DNA of 64,000 bases from Roseibacillus sp. (GCA_051251855.1 JBPOGI010000002.1:736001-800000); one strand, 5' to 3'; positions 9,485 through 18,794 are shown, numbered from the stretch's first letter. Translations and numbers: made by a program. The notes: generated by a model not told the origin, from the letters alone.

Positions 9485-11347
9485 TTATTGGGTGCTTGAA
9501 CGATTGAGAAAGGGGCGAGATTGAACGACTTCGTGAATGAGGGTGTGCATACTGTAGTCCTCTTTTTCTAATTTGGCCACAATGCTCACGACCACGGCTT
9601 CATCGTAGTATTCGAGACCGCGTCCAGTAGCGTAGGAGAGCATCTTGCGGGTGATGTTTTGAGCGAATTTCTGTTTGCCTGAAATGAGGAGTTCTTTGAG
9701 TTCAGCGGGGGAGGAGAAGAGGAAGTCTCCTGGCATGAGGACGGCGCTAGAGTCGATCGGCTTTCCGTTGGCGTCCTTTTCTCTCCAGCGACCAATAGCG
9801 TCGAAGTTCTCAAGGCTGAATCCGAGGGGGTCGATGCGGGCGTGACAGTTGGCGCAGGCAGGTGCGCTACGGTGGATGTCGAGTTGTTCGCGAAAGGTCA
9901 GTCCGTCGGCCATGGTGTCGTCTGCGGGGAGTTCGCCTGCGTCAGGTGGTGGTGGTGGTGCGGGATCGCCGAGGAGAGCGTCGAGAATCCAGACGCCTCG
10001 CAAGACAGGACTGGTGCGCATGGGAAGAGAGGTAGAAGTGAGGACGCTGCCCATACCGATGACCCCGCCGCGTGACTTGTTGTGGAGAGTGACCTTTTGC
10101 AGTTCCTCGCCTTGGACGGATTCCTTGAGCCCATAGTGTTGAGCGAGAGCGGCATTGGCGAAGGTGTAGTCGCTATCGAGGATGTCGGTAATGGGACGGT
10201 CTTTTTGGATAATATGAGAGAAGAATTCGACGCTCTCGTAATACATCGCCTTGCGCAGGGACGGGCTGAAGCTTGGGAAGCGATCTTTGTCGGGGTCGAC
10301 TTCATCAATCATTTTGTCGAAACCAATCCATTGGCCCGCGAAGTGGCGAGGCAATGCGGTCGCCTTGGGGCTGGCGATCATGCGCAGGGTTTGTTCTTTG
10401 AGGATGGCGGGGTCACTCAGTTTTCCAGCGTCGGCAAGGCGGAAGAGTTCACGGTCCGGCATGGAGGACCAGAGGAAGTAGGAAAGGCGGGTGGCGATTT
10501 CGAAGTCGTTGAGCTTCCACTCTTCTTTGTCGGATTCGTTGTGCTCGGAGATGAAGAGGAATCTGGGGTTGATGAGCAGGGCGGTGAGGGGCGCGCGCAG
10601 GGAGTCCTCGTAGGACTTGCCTGCTTGCAAGCCACGCGTGAAGGCGTTCATCAGGGGCGCGATATCGTCGTCGCTCACACGGCGGCGGTAGGCGAGGGAG
10701 GCGTGGTAGCTGAGGACCGTTCTAGCTGATGCCGGAGCTTCCTTGGGTGTCTTCGGTTGTTCGAAGATGACGGTGCTTTTGAGCTTTGGGTTTTGATAAA
10801 CGGCGGCGACGACCTTTTTTGCGGCGGCGAGGTATTTTTCCAAGAGGGAAGGGCTGGAAAAGAGGGCGTCGGCGGTGTTGTCAAACCCTTCTCCTCCTGC
10901 ACCATCTGCAGGAAAGCCGCGGCTAGGATTGAAGTTCACTCCAAAGAGATCGCGAACGGTATAGTGATACTCGTTTCGGTTGAGGCGGCGCAAAGTGACG
11001 CGGCCGGCTTTTTGAGGGACGTCACCAGACTTGATGCGTGCGCTGATTTTTGAAAGGGCAGCGATGAGCTGTTGGCGTTCCTCGTCAGTGGGGAGGACGT
11101 CTTCATCCTCGGGAGGCATGTCCTTGTATTTGACTTGGTCGACGATGTTGTCGAGGAGGCCATGCTTCTTAAAGGCAGCATTGAGACTGTCGATGTCGTG
11201 CAGGGCGATGCCGCCTTTCTGCTTGGTTTCTCCATGGCAGGAGACGCAGTGCTTCTCGAAGAAGGGGCCGGTGGTCTCGGCGAAGTCATCCGCCCAGCCT
11301 GTGGTGAGGAGGGAGACTGAGAAGGCCAAGAATGAAAGCGTGCGCAT
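9485..11347 (-). CDS. Planctomycete-type cytochrome c / DUF1592-1588-1587-1585-1595 protein
   Basis: CVSCH near N-terminus, RRLNRNEY, EIATRLSYFLWSSMPD, RTSPVLRG, CANCHARIDPLGF; usual partner of DUF1552. Confidence 0.85.
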   Translation of the reverse strand: MRTLSFLAFSVSLLTTGWADDFAETTGPFFEKHCVSCHGETKQKGGIALHDIDSLNAAFKKHGLLDNIVDQVKYKDMPPEDEDVLPTDEERQQLIAALSKISARIKSGDVPQKAGRVTLRRLNRNEYHYTVRDLFGVNFNPSRGFPADGAGGEGFDNTADALFSSPSLLEKYLAAAKKVVAAVYQNPKLKSTVIFEQPKTPKEAPASARTVLSYHASLAYRRRVSDDDIAPLMNAFTRGLQAGKSYEDSLRAPLTALLINPRFLFISEHNESDKEEWKLNDFEIATRLSYFLWSSMPDRELFRLADAGKLSDPAILKEQTLRMIASPKATALPRHFAGQWIGFDKMIDEVDPDKDRFPSFSPSLRKAMYYESVEFFSHIIQKDRPITDILDSDYTFANAALAQHYGLKESVQGEELQKVTLHNKSRGGVIGMGSVLTSTSLPMRTSPVLRGVWILDALLGDPAPPPPPDAGELPADDTMADGLTFREQLDIHRSAPACANCHARIDPLGFSLENFDAIGRWREKDANGKPIDSSAVLMPGDFLFSSPAELKELLISGKQKFAQNITRKMLSYATGRGLEYYDEAVVVSIVAKLEKEDYSMHTLIHEVVQSRPFLNRSSTQ

Positions 11348-11422
11348 CAAACACAGATACAAGGCCTTGATGCGGTCTATTTCATCAAAAATCGCCTCGT
11401 TCTTTGGTAGCGCTGGCCTTTT

Positions 11423-12337
11423 CTAGGCGACGGAGAGTTTTTGCTCGAGGTCGGTGAGTTCGGCTTTGTCCATGTAACCCATGAGGTTGTCTCGGTTGTG
11501 GACACGAGTATCGCTTTTGATGTGGGAGCGTTGTTCGAGGAAGGCGAGGAGATGCTCGCGGTATTCGAAGAATTTGGGGTCGTTGAAGATGGCTTCACGA
11601 TCGCGAGGACGAGGGAAGTCGATTTCCATGATTTCGCCAACGCCGGCTTTAGGGCCGTTCGACATCATGACGCAGCGGTCAGCCATGAAGACGGCTTCAT
11701 CGACATCGTGAGTCACGATCATGGCGGTGAGGTTTTCCTTGGCGAGAATGTCGATGATGACGTCTTGCAGTTCCATGCGGGTGAGAGAGTCGAGGCGACC
11801 AAAGGGTTCGTCTAGTAGCAGGACCTTGGGTTGGAGAGCGATGGCGCGGGCGATGCCGACGCGCTGTTGCATGCCGCCGGAAAGTTCCTTGGGATACTTT
11901 TTCATGGCATCTCCGAGGCCGACGACTGAAAGGGAGTGTTCGACGATTTGTCTTTGTTCAGCTTTGCTGGCGTGGGGATAGACGCTTTTCACGCCTAACA
12001 TCACGTTGCCGAATGCACTGAGCCAAGGCATGAGGCAGGGGGCTTGAAAGACGACGGAGCGGTCGGGGCCAGGGCCGTCAATCTCGCGGTCGCCGACGAT
12101 GATACCGCCGTCGGAAATCTCGTTGAGGCCTGCCAACATGGTGAGCACGGTGGATTTTCCGCAACCGGAGTGTCCGATGAGGGAGATGAATTCGCCTTGC
12201 CGGATGTTGAGGTTGAAATCCTCGACGACACGGAAGTCGTCCCCGTAAGGGTTGGGGTAAGCTTTGACGAGATTCGAGATCTCGACGAATTTCGGGTTCA
12301 GCTTTTCGGGCATTGGTTCGTAAAGTTCTAGACTCAT
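11423..12337 (-). CDS. nrtD: Nitrate ABC transporter ATP-binding protein (NrtD-like)
   Basis: Walker [37 protein letters not shown] overlap with the upstream ATPase. Confidence 0.85.
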   Translation of the reverse strand: MSLELYEPMPEKLNPKFVEISNLVKAYPNPYGDDFRVVEDFNLNIRQGEFISLIGHSGCGKSTVLTMLAGLNEISDGGIIVGDREIDGPGPDRSVVFQAPCLMPWLSAFGNVMLGVKSVYPHASKAEQRQIVEHSLSVVGLGDAMKKYPKELSGGMQQRVGIARAIALQPKVLLLDEPFGRLDSLTRMELQDVIIDILAKENLTAMIVTHDVDEAVFMADRCVMMSNGPKAGVGEIMEIDFPRPRDREAIFNDPKFFEYREHLLAFLEQRSHIKSDTRVHNRDNLMGYMDKAELTDLEQKLSVA

Positions 12338-13239
12338 GCTGCGGAGCGGGGTGTGCCGGGTTGAGCGGCTTTGTTCTTGAGGCGAGGAGTTCCCGAGATG
12401 GGTGTGAAATCTTTGGGCCGGACGTCGGGCATGGGAGTGACCTGACTGGTGGCGAGCTCTTTGGACTCCTTGTTCAGCTGCATCATAAAGGAGGTGATCT
12501 CCGACTTGAGGCGCATGTATTCGGGATGGTCATTGAGAGTTTGGCGATCGCGAGGGCGTTCCATGTTGACGACGAACTCTTTGGCGAGGGTGGCCTCGGG
12601 TCCCATGGTGAGCGGGATGATGCGATCAGCCATGAGGACGGCTTCGTCGACATCGTTGGTGATCATGACCACGGTGCGGCGGTCGGTTTCCCAGATGTTG
12701 AGGATTTGGTCCTGCAGTTCGGAGCGGGTGAGGGCGTCGAGGGCGGAGAGAGGCTCGTCTAGTAGGAGCACTTCAGGGTCGAGGGAAAGAGTGCGGGCGA
12801 GGGAGGCGCGCTGGCGCATACCGCCCGAAAGCTCGTGTGGATTGCGCTCACCGGCATGGCCCAGTTTGACCATTTCCACATAGTGGGCGATTTTTTCGTT
12901 GAGCTCGGCTTTGGAAAGCTTGGGGAAAGCGGTTTTGACGGCGAGCTTGATGTTGTTGTTCACCGTTAGCCAAGGAAGGAGGGAGTAGTTCTGGAACATG
13001 AGGCCCAAGTCGGGGCCGGGTTCGGTGACGAGTTTACCGTTCTTGCGAACTTCGCCGGTGGTGGGAGGCTGGAGGCCAGCGAGGAGGGACATTAAGGTGG
13101 ACTTGCCTGCTCCGGAGAATCCGATGATGGCGACGAATTCGTTCTCCTCCACAGCCAGATTGATGTCTTTGAGGACGACTGTTTGGTTGGTTGTGGGGCC
13201 GAAGGCGACCGATACGTCGTTGAGCTCAAGGTAAGCCAT
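12334..13239 (-). CDS. nrtC: Nitrate ABC transporter ATP-binding protein (NrtC-like)
   Basis: Walker [35 protein letters not shown]; tandem ATPase pair typical of nrtCD. Confidence 0.85.
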   Translation of the reverse strand: MAYLELNDVSVAFGPTTNQTVVLKDINLAVEENEFVAIIGFSGAGKSTLMSLLAGLQPPTTGEVRKNGKLVTEPGPDLGLMFQNYSLLPWLTVNNNIKLAVKTAFPKLSKAELNEKIAHYVEMVKLGHAGERNPHELSGGMRQRASLARTLSLDPEVLLLDEPLSALDALTRSELQDQILNIWETDRRTVVMITNDVDEAVLMADRIIPLTMGPEATLAKEFVVNMERPRDRQTLNDHPEYMRLKSEITSFMMQLNKESKELATSQVTPMPDVRPKDFTPISGTPRLKNKAAQPGTPRSAA

Positions 13240-13249
13240 GGTTCACCTC

Positions 13250-13266
13250 AGCTCATTGTGGGCCAG
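13250..13266 (-). promoter_or_regulatory. sigma54-like -24/-12 element upstream of nrtC
   Basis: Minus strand CTGGCCCACAATGAGCT; 11 nt between GC and ATG. Confidence 0.6.
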
Positions 13267-13292
13267 AAAGAAGGAGTGGTCGCGATTCTGCT

Positions 13293-13307
13293 ATGAATAC
13301 AATTCAT
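13293..13307. promoter_or_regulatory. LysR-type operator palindrome
   Basis: ATGAAT-ACA-ATTCAT upstream of nrtC. Confidence 0.75.
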
Positions 13308-13446
13308 GGATAGGGCTTGTATTCTTGCTGGGGGTTCATTTTGGTTGAAGGGGCGGGGTTGCAGGAGCTCGACGCGGAGTCATTGAGGCTGCGGAGTGGA
13401 AGCAGAAAATTTTCTGTTTTGAGTTTTGGTGAGACGGACCGGTGGG

Positions 13447-13468
13447 GCGGACTAAAGTTCCGTGGTCC
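13447..13468 (-). repeat. REP-like palindrome
   Basis: Minus strand GGACCACGGAACTTTAGTCCGC, intergenic. Confidence 0.4.
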
Positions 13469-13484
13469 GTTTGGGCCGGGTGCG

Positions 13485-13513
13485 AAAAAAAGCTCCGAGT
13501 GGGCTCGGAGCTT
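13485..13513 (-). terminator. Rho-independent terminator after the globin gene
   Basis: AAGCTCCGAG-TGGG-CTCGGAGCTT perfect stem with adjacent A-tract (U-tract on minus strand). Confidence 0.85.
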
Positions 13514-13537
13514 CTTGAAGGGTGAATGAGATACTTG

Positions 13538-14059
13538 TTAGGCCGCTTCGCCGTATGATGCTTCTTTCATCACGGTGGCCAGAGTGGTATAGGTGATGGT
13601 CCAAGCTTCTTTGGTATCGGGAGTGAACTCGTCGCCGAGTCCTTTTTCGAGAGTGTCGAGGAGGGCTGCTCCTACCGTCTCGTAATGCTCTGCTTTGACG
13701 CCGTAGCCAACATGGCGTTTACCAAGGCTTTGGACAGCTGGGACAAGCTCGCCGAGGGTGTCGAGCCCCTTGACGGCAGCCCCGATCATTTGCATGAGCT
13801 TCTTGCCCTGTTCCTCCATGTTCGAGTCGGCAAACATCGGTTTTAAAGAGGGGTCGAGTTCGAAGAGTTTTCCGTAGAAGAGCTCTGCTGCGGTATCGGA
13901 GATAGGCTTCACTTTCTCCCAGGATTCCTGGACGAGATTTTTCTGATGAAGGGTCAAAGGGCCTTCGGGTTCGGTTTCTTCTGGCATTGGTTTGGTTGGT
14001 TCTGGTTTTGGGGGCTCAGTCGTGGAGCCGCCGAAGATTTTCTTAAAAAAGGAGATCAT
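13538..14059 (-). CDS. Single-domain globin (flavohemoglobin-like globin domain, no reductase)
   Basis: LVQESW, FYGKLF (Tyr B10), QGKKLM (Gln E7), LGKRHVGYGV (proximal His F8), HYETVGAALL, AWTITY. Confidence 0.9.
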   Translation of the reverse strand: MISFFKKIFGGSTTEPPKPEPTKPMPEETEPEGPLTLHQKNLVQESWEKVKPISDTAAELFYGKLFELDPSLKPMFADSNMEEQGKKLMQMIGAAVKGLDTLGELVPAVQSLGKRHVGYGVKAEHYETVGAALLDTLEKGLGDEFTPDTKEAWTITYTTLATVMKEASYGEAA

Positions 14060-14125
14060 GATATGGAGAGAAGGAGCCCGCCATTGGGGGCTGGAGGGCT
14101 CCGTTGGTTAATTGTTTCGAGGAGG

Positions 14126-14518
14126 CTACTTTGGAGTTGCCAACATATAGTTGACGGCATTGGTCACTTCTTCGTCGGTGAGACTGGGGGTGCCTCCGCG
14201 AGCAGGCATCTCGCCATCGGGTCCTTGAAAGCCGTTGATGGCGTGATCAAGGAGAACGGCGAGTCCCTTCTCGGACCGAGTTTCCCATTCTTCCGCTTTC
14301 GCAAGGGAAGGGGCTCCTTCCTCTCCTTCGTCGTGGCATCCCGAGCATTCGATCTGGTAGATCGCTCGTCCGGCAAGGAGGTCAGGATCGGAGGGGATCC
14401 AATCCCACGGGTGCTCGGGCTTGATTTCCTTTTCAGTTTCAGCTGCTTCCTCTGGCGAGGATTTACAGGAGGAAAGGAAGGCGAGGCTGAAGCAGGAGAG
14501 GAGAAGAAATGGCTTCAT
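14126..14518 (-). CDS. Cytochrome c5-family lipoprotein
   Basis: Lipobox FLSSC, CSGCH, GAP, W..R..KG, HAINGF...MPARGG. Confidence 0.85.
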   Translation of the reverse strand: MKPFLLLSCFSLAFLSSCKSSPEEAAETEKEIKPEHPWDWIPSDPDLLAGRAIYQIECSGCHDEGEEGAPSLAKAEEWETRSEKGLAVLLDHAINGFQGPDGEMPARGGTPSLTDEEVTNAVNYMLATPK

Positions 14519-14542
14519 TATCCAAAGTATCCAGGTGAATTG

Positions 14543-15178
14543 TTAAGAGGTGGGGATACGGATGACGATACCTCCCATGACGTCGTTCTTCTTAAACTCT
14601 GGGTAGTCTGGTTGGCGGTTTTCGTGGTTGTTGTGGCATTCCCAACAAGCAGGAGCGACGGCTTTGTCGGGATAGATTCCAACAAAGTATTCTTGTCCGC
14701 CAATCTCTTCGAGTGCAGTCCACTTCTTTCCGTAATAATCGCTGGCAGGGTCGGATACCTCAGCGAGACCTTTCTCTACGGCAGGAGTTTTCTTCTTGGC
14801 GTTCTCCATGTTGAGGGGCCAAGTCGACTGAAGAGAGTAGGAGAAGTCAAAGGGCTTGCCTTCGACGGAGTCTACTTCTTCTGCGCCTTCGCGGAACATT
14901 TGAGCAGGGAGGAGGAGGGCTTTTTCTTCGGCCCATTCTTCGTGTGCTTTGATGACCTTCTCATCTCTCACGAGACGGTTGACGATCTTGGTCGCGTAGA
15001 CTTTGCGGTCTGACTTGAGCACGATATAGAGCGCTTCGGCGACGGCTTCGGCATCGTAGCCTCCATCGGAGCCGCTGCTGGCTTCTGAGTCTCCGGACTT
15101 ACAGGAAGCAAGTGCGAAGGCGAGGGTGGTGGTGCCGGCGATCCATGTGGGGCCGATCCATCTTTTATTCATTTTCAT
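14543..15178 (-). CDS. Tll0287-like (DUF3365) monoheme c lipoprotein
   Basis: Lipobox ALASC, LLLPAQMFR, YPDKAVAPACWECHN, C-terminal DVMGGIVIRIP; start at MKMNK (15178 or 15172). Confidence 0.8.
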   Translation of the reverse strand: MKMNKRWIGPTWIAGTTTLAFALASCKSGDSEASSGSDGGYDAEAVAEALYIVLKSDRKVYATKIVNRLVRDEKVIKAHEEWAEEKALLLPAQMFREGAEEVDSVEGKPFDFSYSLQSTWPLNMENAKKKTPAVEKGLAEVSDPASDYYGKKWTALEEIGGQEYFVGIYPDKAVAPACWECHNNHENRQPDYPEFKKNDVMGGIVIRIPTS

Positions 15179-16634
15179 TTGGTAGTTTGGTTTGTTCTTC
15201 TTCGGGTGGGGTCGGGGTGGAACCGGCCTGTTCTTCTGAGGGAGATTCGAGGAATTTCTTGAGAGCGATAATCTCTTCGTTACCGCGCTCAATAGCGGCA
15301 TCGACGGTCCAGCTGATGCCGGGGTGCTCAATGGTGGGATGGCTGGCGAAGTTGCTCTTGATGAGCTTTTGGTCGGCGAGCGCGTTCATGGAGAATTGGA
15401 GTCCGTGGCAGTCCATGCAGACATTGCGCAACATCTTCTCGTTGGGAGTGAGGTTGGCGTTCTGGTTGTGATTGACGACGACTTGGCCCTCGCGCTCCTC
15501 GCGTGGCATGTGGCAGGTGGCGCAAGAGACTCCGGTGTTCTCTTCACCGGTGCCGGCGAGTTCGGCGAGCCAGAGTCGTGAGTGACCAGAGTTCAAGTAG
15601 TTCTTACTATGGTCGTCGTCGTGGCATTGAAGGCAGGCTTGTTGGGAGGCGAATTGACGGTCGTAGTTGTGGGGCTGATGGCAAGAGGAGCAAGAGAGGT
15701 CGCGATGTGCCGAGGAGGATTTCATAGGGCGTCGAGCTTGCTCGGGGGTCATCCCGGAGAGGCTTTGAGCGAGTCTCATGCCGTGCTTGCCTTTGAGGAA
15801 GTCGGTGACTTCGGGCTCGTGGCAGCTTTGGCAGGAGGAGTGGTCGGGGGATGGGACCCACGCACCGGTGGTGGGATGGTCGTGGCAGTCTGAGCAGTTT
15901 ACTCCTGCGTTGGCGTGGGCGGTGTGTTCCCAGCTGTCGTTAATGGATTGGTTGGTGAGTTGGGGGGCGGGAGCATCGGCGGTGGCGATAGTGAGGGGTT
16001 CACGCTTCTTATTTCCTTCGTCGAGCCACTTTTGCAGGGCATCGGCTTCGAGGAGGGTGCTTTCTGGAAGGAAGTCAGCTTCACCATAGTGCTTGAGGAG
16101 GAAGCTGGGGGCTAAGGCAACGTTGTCGTGGTAGTTGTGGCAGCCAGAGTCGGCGCAGGAATTGAAGGGGAGGAAGCGATGTGAATCGAGGTTGTCGAGG
16201 GTGACTTGATGGCAGTGGGCGCAGTAGTCAGGGGGGAGAGTTACGCCCATTTCGTGGGTGATTTTTTCGTTGTGCTCGGCGTGGCAGGCGACGCAGCTCA
16301 TGGCGTCCACGTGCTCAAGGTAGATGTGGTTGTCGGGGTTCTTAAACTTGCGGGTGGGGTGGGAGTCGCTGAAAGCGGTGAGGTCCTCGCCGTGGCAGTT
16401 GATACAGGCTGAGCTGGGGACGCCGGAGGAGGTGAAAATATTCTCGCTTTCTTCGTCTGTGTGGCAGGCGGCGCAGGCAAGCTCGATTTGGTAATGGCCG
16501 TGAGTGGTCTTGCCTGGGAGGAGGACGGTTTTGTCTTCGGCCCTGAGAAGGATGTGGCTCAACCACGCAGAAAGGCCCACTGTGACGATGAGCCAGAGTA
16601 GGATGCTTTTTCGTTTTTGAATCCAATGAGCCAC
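15165..16634 (-). CDS. Membrane-anchored multiheme cytochrome c (10 CxxCH + 1 CxxxxCH)
   Basis: N-terminal TM helix; CAACH, CINCH, CVACH, CAHCH, CADSGCH, CSDCH, CQSCH, CSSCH, CLQCH, CATCH, CMDCH; no CxxCK. Confidence 0.9.
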   Translation of the reverse strand: MAHWIQKRKSILLWLIVTVGLSAWLSHILLRAEDKTVLLPGKTTHGHYQIELACAACHTDEESENIFTSSGVPSSACINCHGEDLTAFSDSHPTRKFKNPDNHIYLEHVDAMSCVACHAEHNEKITHEMGVTLPPDYCAHCHQVTLDNLDSHRFLPFNSCADSGCHNYHDNVALAPSFLLKHYGEADFLPESTLLEADALQKWLDEGNKKREPLTIATADAPAPQLTNQSINDSWEHTAHANAGVNCSDCHDHPTTGAWVPSPDHSSCQSCHEPEVTDFLKGKHGMRLAQSLSGMTPEQARRPMKSSSAHRDLSCSSCHQPHNYDRQFASQQACLQCHDDDHSKNYLNSGHSRLWLAELAGTGEENTGVSCATCHMPREEREGQVVVNHNQNANLTPNEKMLRNVCMDCHGLQFSMNALADQKLIKSNFASHPTIEHPGISWTVDAAIERGNEEIIALKKFLESPSEEQAGSTPTPPEEEQTKLPNENE

Positions 16635-16642
16635 GAAGTTTT

Positions 16643-18655
16643 TTAGTAAAGGTAGACCGAGAGAATGTGGAAGGTGAGGAGCACGGGGAGGGGCCAGAAG
16701 AGAATGAGGTGCGCGTAGGTGAGGGCGGGGCGGAAGCGTCTGGCGGTGAGGGCAGCCTTGGAATTACCGGCGCTTTCGATGGCTGCGACGACTCCAGCAA
16801 GGGCTCCTAGTAGATTGAGAGCTACGAAAGTGAACATGAGCCAGAAGTTTAGGTTGTGACCGAAGCGGAATCCGGTGTGAACGAACAATGCCAAGAGGGC
16901 AATGATGCCGAAGGCGGTATGAAAGACCCTCCAGTAGGCGAAGTGGCCAAAGCGAAACCACTTGATGCGCTTGCGAAGTGAGAGGAGAAGCCCAATCAGG
17001 AAGATGCCCATGAGGGTGTATCCGGTAATCTGCTTGATGACGCCGTCGCGCCAAAATTGGTCGACTTGATACCACCATGATGCGACTGAGTCGGCCATCG
17101 CTGGTGGGGGAGCAAAGATAGTGATGAGGACGGCAAGGAGAGCAAGAATGGAGAGGGCGAGAAGGGCGCGTGCTCCCTTGGGTTTCGAAACGACGGGGGC
17201 TCCGCAAAGTTCATCTAGGAGAGGTTCGCAGGAACCGCAAACGGTGGACGCGCTGGTCTGGGCGGCGAGAAGTTTGGGGTCGTTCTTGCACTTAGCGAGG
17301 CAGGCGACGAGCTGCCCCTTGTTGACTCCCATGCAGTTGCAAACGATGCGCTCGTCGGGCCATTGGGCGACCGGTGTTTCGCCGCCACCTGGTTGGAGGA
17401 CACCTTCGGCGGCGAAGTAGTCTTCTTCCTTCTTCTTGATGAATTGTCCCTCGGCATAGAGAGATTGGATTTTTCCACCTTCAGGCCAGTCGCCTACTCC
17501 AAGGCCGCCTTTGAGTTCTCCCTTGGGTCCTAAGATGAGCATGCGGTAGAGATCGTCGGTGGAGAACTCGACGCGTCGGCCTTCTTCGAGGGGGTCGCCA
17601 ATGGTGATGACGTCTACCCCGAGCATTTTAAGTCGAGTGGAAAGGTCAGGAGTGGGGAAGGGGGCGATCTTTTGCCCTTCGAGGCGCGCGATGAGGTGGC
17701 GGGCCATGGCGTAGCCCGGAGCGGCGAGGCCATAGATGTTTCCATCGAGGAGGGCGCATTCACCGATGGCGAAGATATTGTCTTCGCTGGTCTCGAAGTG
17801 GTCGTTGACGACGATGCCTCCGCGGAGACCTGTCTCTAATCCGGAGTTTTTGGCAAGCTCGCTATTGGGGGTGATACCGGCGGAGATGACGACGAGGTCG
17901 CAGTCGAGGGGATCGCCTTTGTCGAAGACGAGCCTGAGTTGTTCGCCGGTGTCCTCGATGGTGGTAGAGCCTTTGCCTAGGTAGAGTCCGATGCCTTGCT
18001 CTGTAATGGATTTTTGAAGGAGAGTGGATGCGGTTTCGTTGAGTTGGCGGGGCATCAAGAACGAGGCTCGCTCGACGACGTCTGCTTTGAGTCCCAGTTT
18101 TTGAATGGCTTGAGCGGCTTCGAGACCGAGGAGTCCACCCCCGACGACTGCGGCTTTGGATTTACCCTTGGAGGCTGAAATAATGGACTTGAGGTCGACT
18201 ATATTGCGGTAGAGGAAAACGTTGGGATGGTCACCGCCGGGAATGGGAGGGACGAAGGGGCGTGAGCCGGTGGCGAAGACGAGGATGTCGTAGTTGTGCT
18301 TGGTTTCATCCGAAAGGGTGACGCACTTGAGCTTGGGGTCGACTGCGACGACTTCGGTGCTAGTGAGGAGGGTAATTCCTTTTTCCTGATACCACTCTTC
18401 GCTGTTGAAGATGAGCTGGCTGGCATCCTTGTGGTCAACGTAGGTTGAGAGGTTGATGCGGTCGTAGGCGGGGAGAGGTTCTTTGCCGACGACGGTAATC
18501 TCCAGGTTAGGGAAAATCTTCGATTGGGTGAAATACTCACAGAGCTTTCCTCCGACCATGCCGTTGCCAATCACCAAGAGGCGAGAACCTTTGGGCAACG
18601 CCTGGCGGCGGCTTGCCTTCTTGTTCTTGGATTGACCTTGAAAGGCGGACTTCAC
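16643..18655 (-). CDS. NirB/NasD N-terminal-like FAD/NAD(P)H oxidoreductase with BFD [2Fe-2S] and a C-terminal multi-TM putative diheme-b domain
   Basis: VIGNGMVG, PAYDRINLS, VGGGLLGLEAA, IFAIGECA, STRLKMLGVDV, CNC-X31-CGSC; no siroheme domain; hydrophobic C-terminus with two H-X13-H pairs. Confidence 0.85.
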   Translation of the reverse strand: MKSAFQGQSKNKKASRRQALPKGSRLLVIGNGMVGGKLCEYFTQSKIFPNLEITVVGKEPLPAYDRINLSTYVDHKDASQLIFNSEEWYQEKGITLLTSTEVVAVDPKLKCVTLSDETKHNYDILVFATGSRPFVPPIPGGDHPNVFLYRNIVDLKSIISASKGKSKAAVVGGGLLGLEAAQAIQKLGLKADVVERASFLMPRQLNETASTLLQKSITEQGIGLYLGKGSTTIEDTGEQLRLVFDKGDPLDCDLVVISAGITPNSELAKNSGLETGLRGGIVVNDHFETSEDNIFAIGECALLDGNIYGLAAPGYAMARHLIARLEGQKIAPFPTPDLSTRLKMLGVDVITIGDPLEEGRRVEFSTDDLYRMLILGPKGELKGGLGVGDWPEGGKIQSLYAEGQFIKKKEEDYFAAEGVLQPGGGETPVAQWPDERIVCNCMGVNKGQLVACLAKCKNDPKLLAAQTSASTVCGSCEPLLDELCGAPVVSKPKGARALLALSILALLAVLITIFAPPPAMADSVASWWYQVDQFWRDGVIKQITGYTLMGIFLIGLLLSLRKRIKWFRFGHFAYWRVFHTAFGIIALLALFVHTGFRFGHNLNFWLMFTFVALNLLGALAGVVAAIESAGNSKAALTARRFRPALTYAHLILFWPLPVLLTFHILSVYLY

Positions 18656-18666
18656 TCTTTGAGTTG

Positions 18667-18683
18667 AGCATTCGGGTAACCAA
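18667..18683 (-). promoter_or_regulatory. sigma54-like -24/-12 element upstream of the oxidoreductase-cytochrome operon
   Basis: Minus strand TTGGTTACCCGAATGCT; 12 nt between GC and the GTG start. Confidence 0.55.
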
Positions 18684-18779
18684 TAGTTTGGAGCTTGCTT
18701 CGATTCTTTAGGAAAGTGGGACCCCGAAAGAATGAGTTTTGTTAATGCTCTATTTCGCTCCTGAAAATCGCGGAAATGG

Positions 18780-18794
18780 ATGATTGGATTTCAT
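18780..18794. promoter_or_regulatory. LysR-type operator palindrome (variant)
   Basis: ATGATT-GGA-TTTCAT. Confidence 0.6.

Noticed and set aside
13946..15013. 355-aa plus-strand ORF
   Set aside because: Antisense to three clearly recognisable genes (globin, c5, Tll0287-like) with no motifs of its own; shadow ORF.
15165..16634. Calling the multiheme protein NrfA or HAO
   Set aside because: It has eleven heme sites and no CxxCK; heme count and spacing do not fit pentaheme NrfA or octaheme HAO.
16643..18655. Calling this gene nirB (NADH nitrite reductase)
   Set aside because: It lacks the siroheme/[4Fe-4S] catalytic domain, and no nirD is adjacent.
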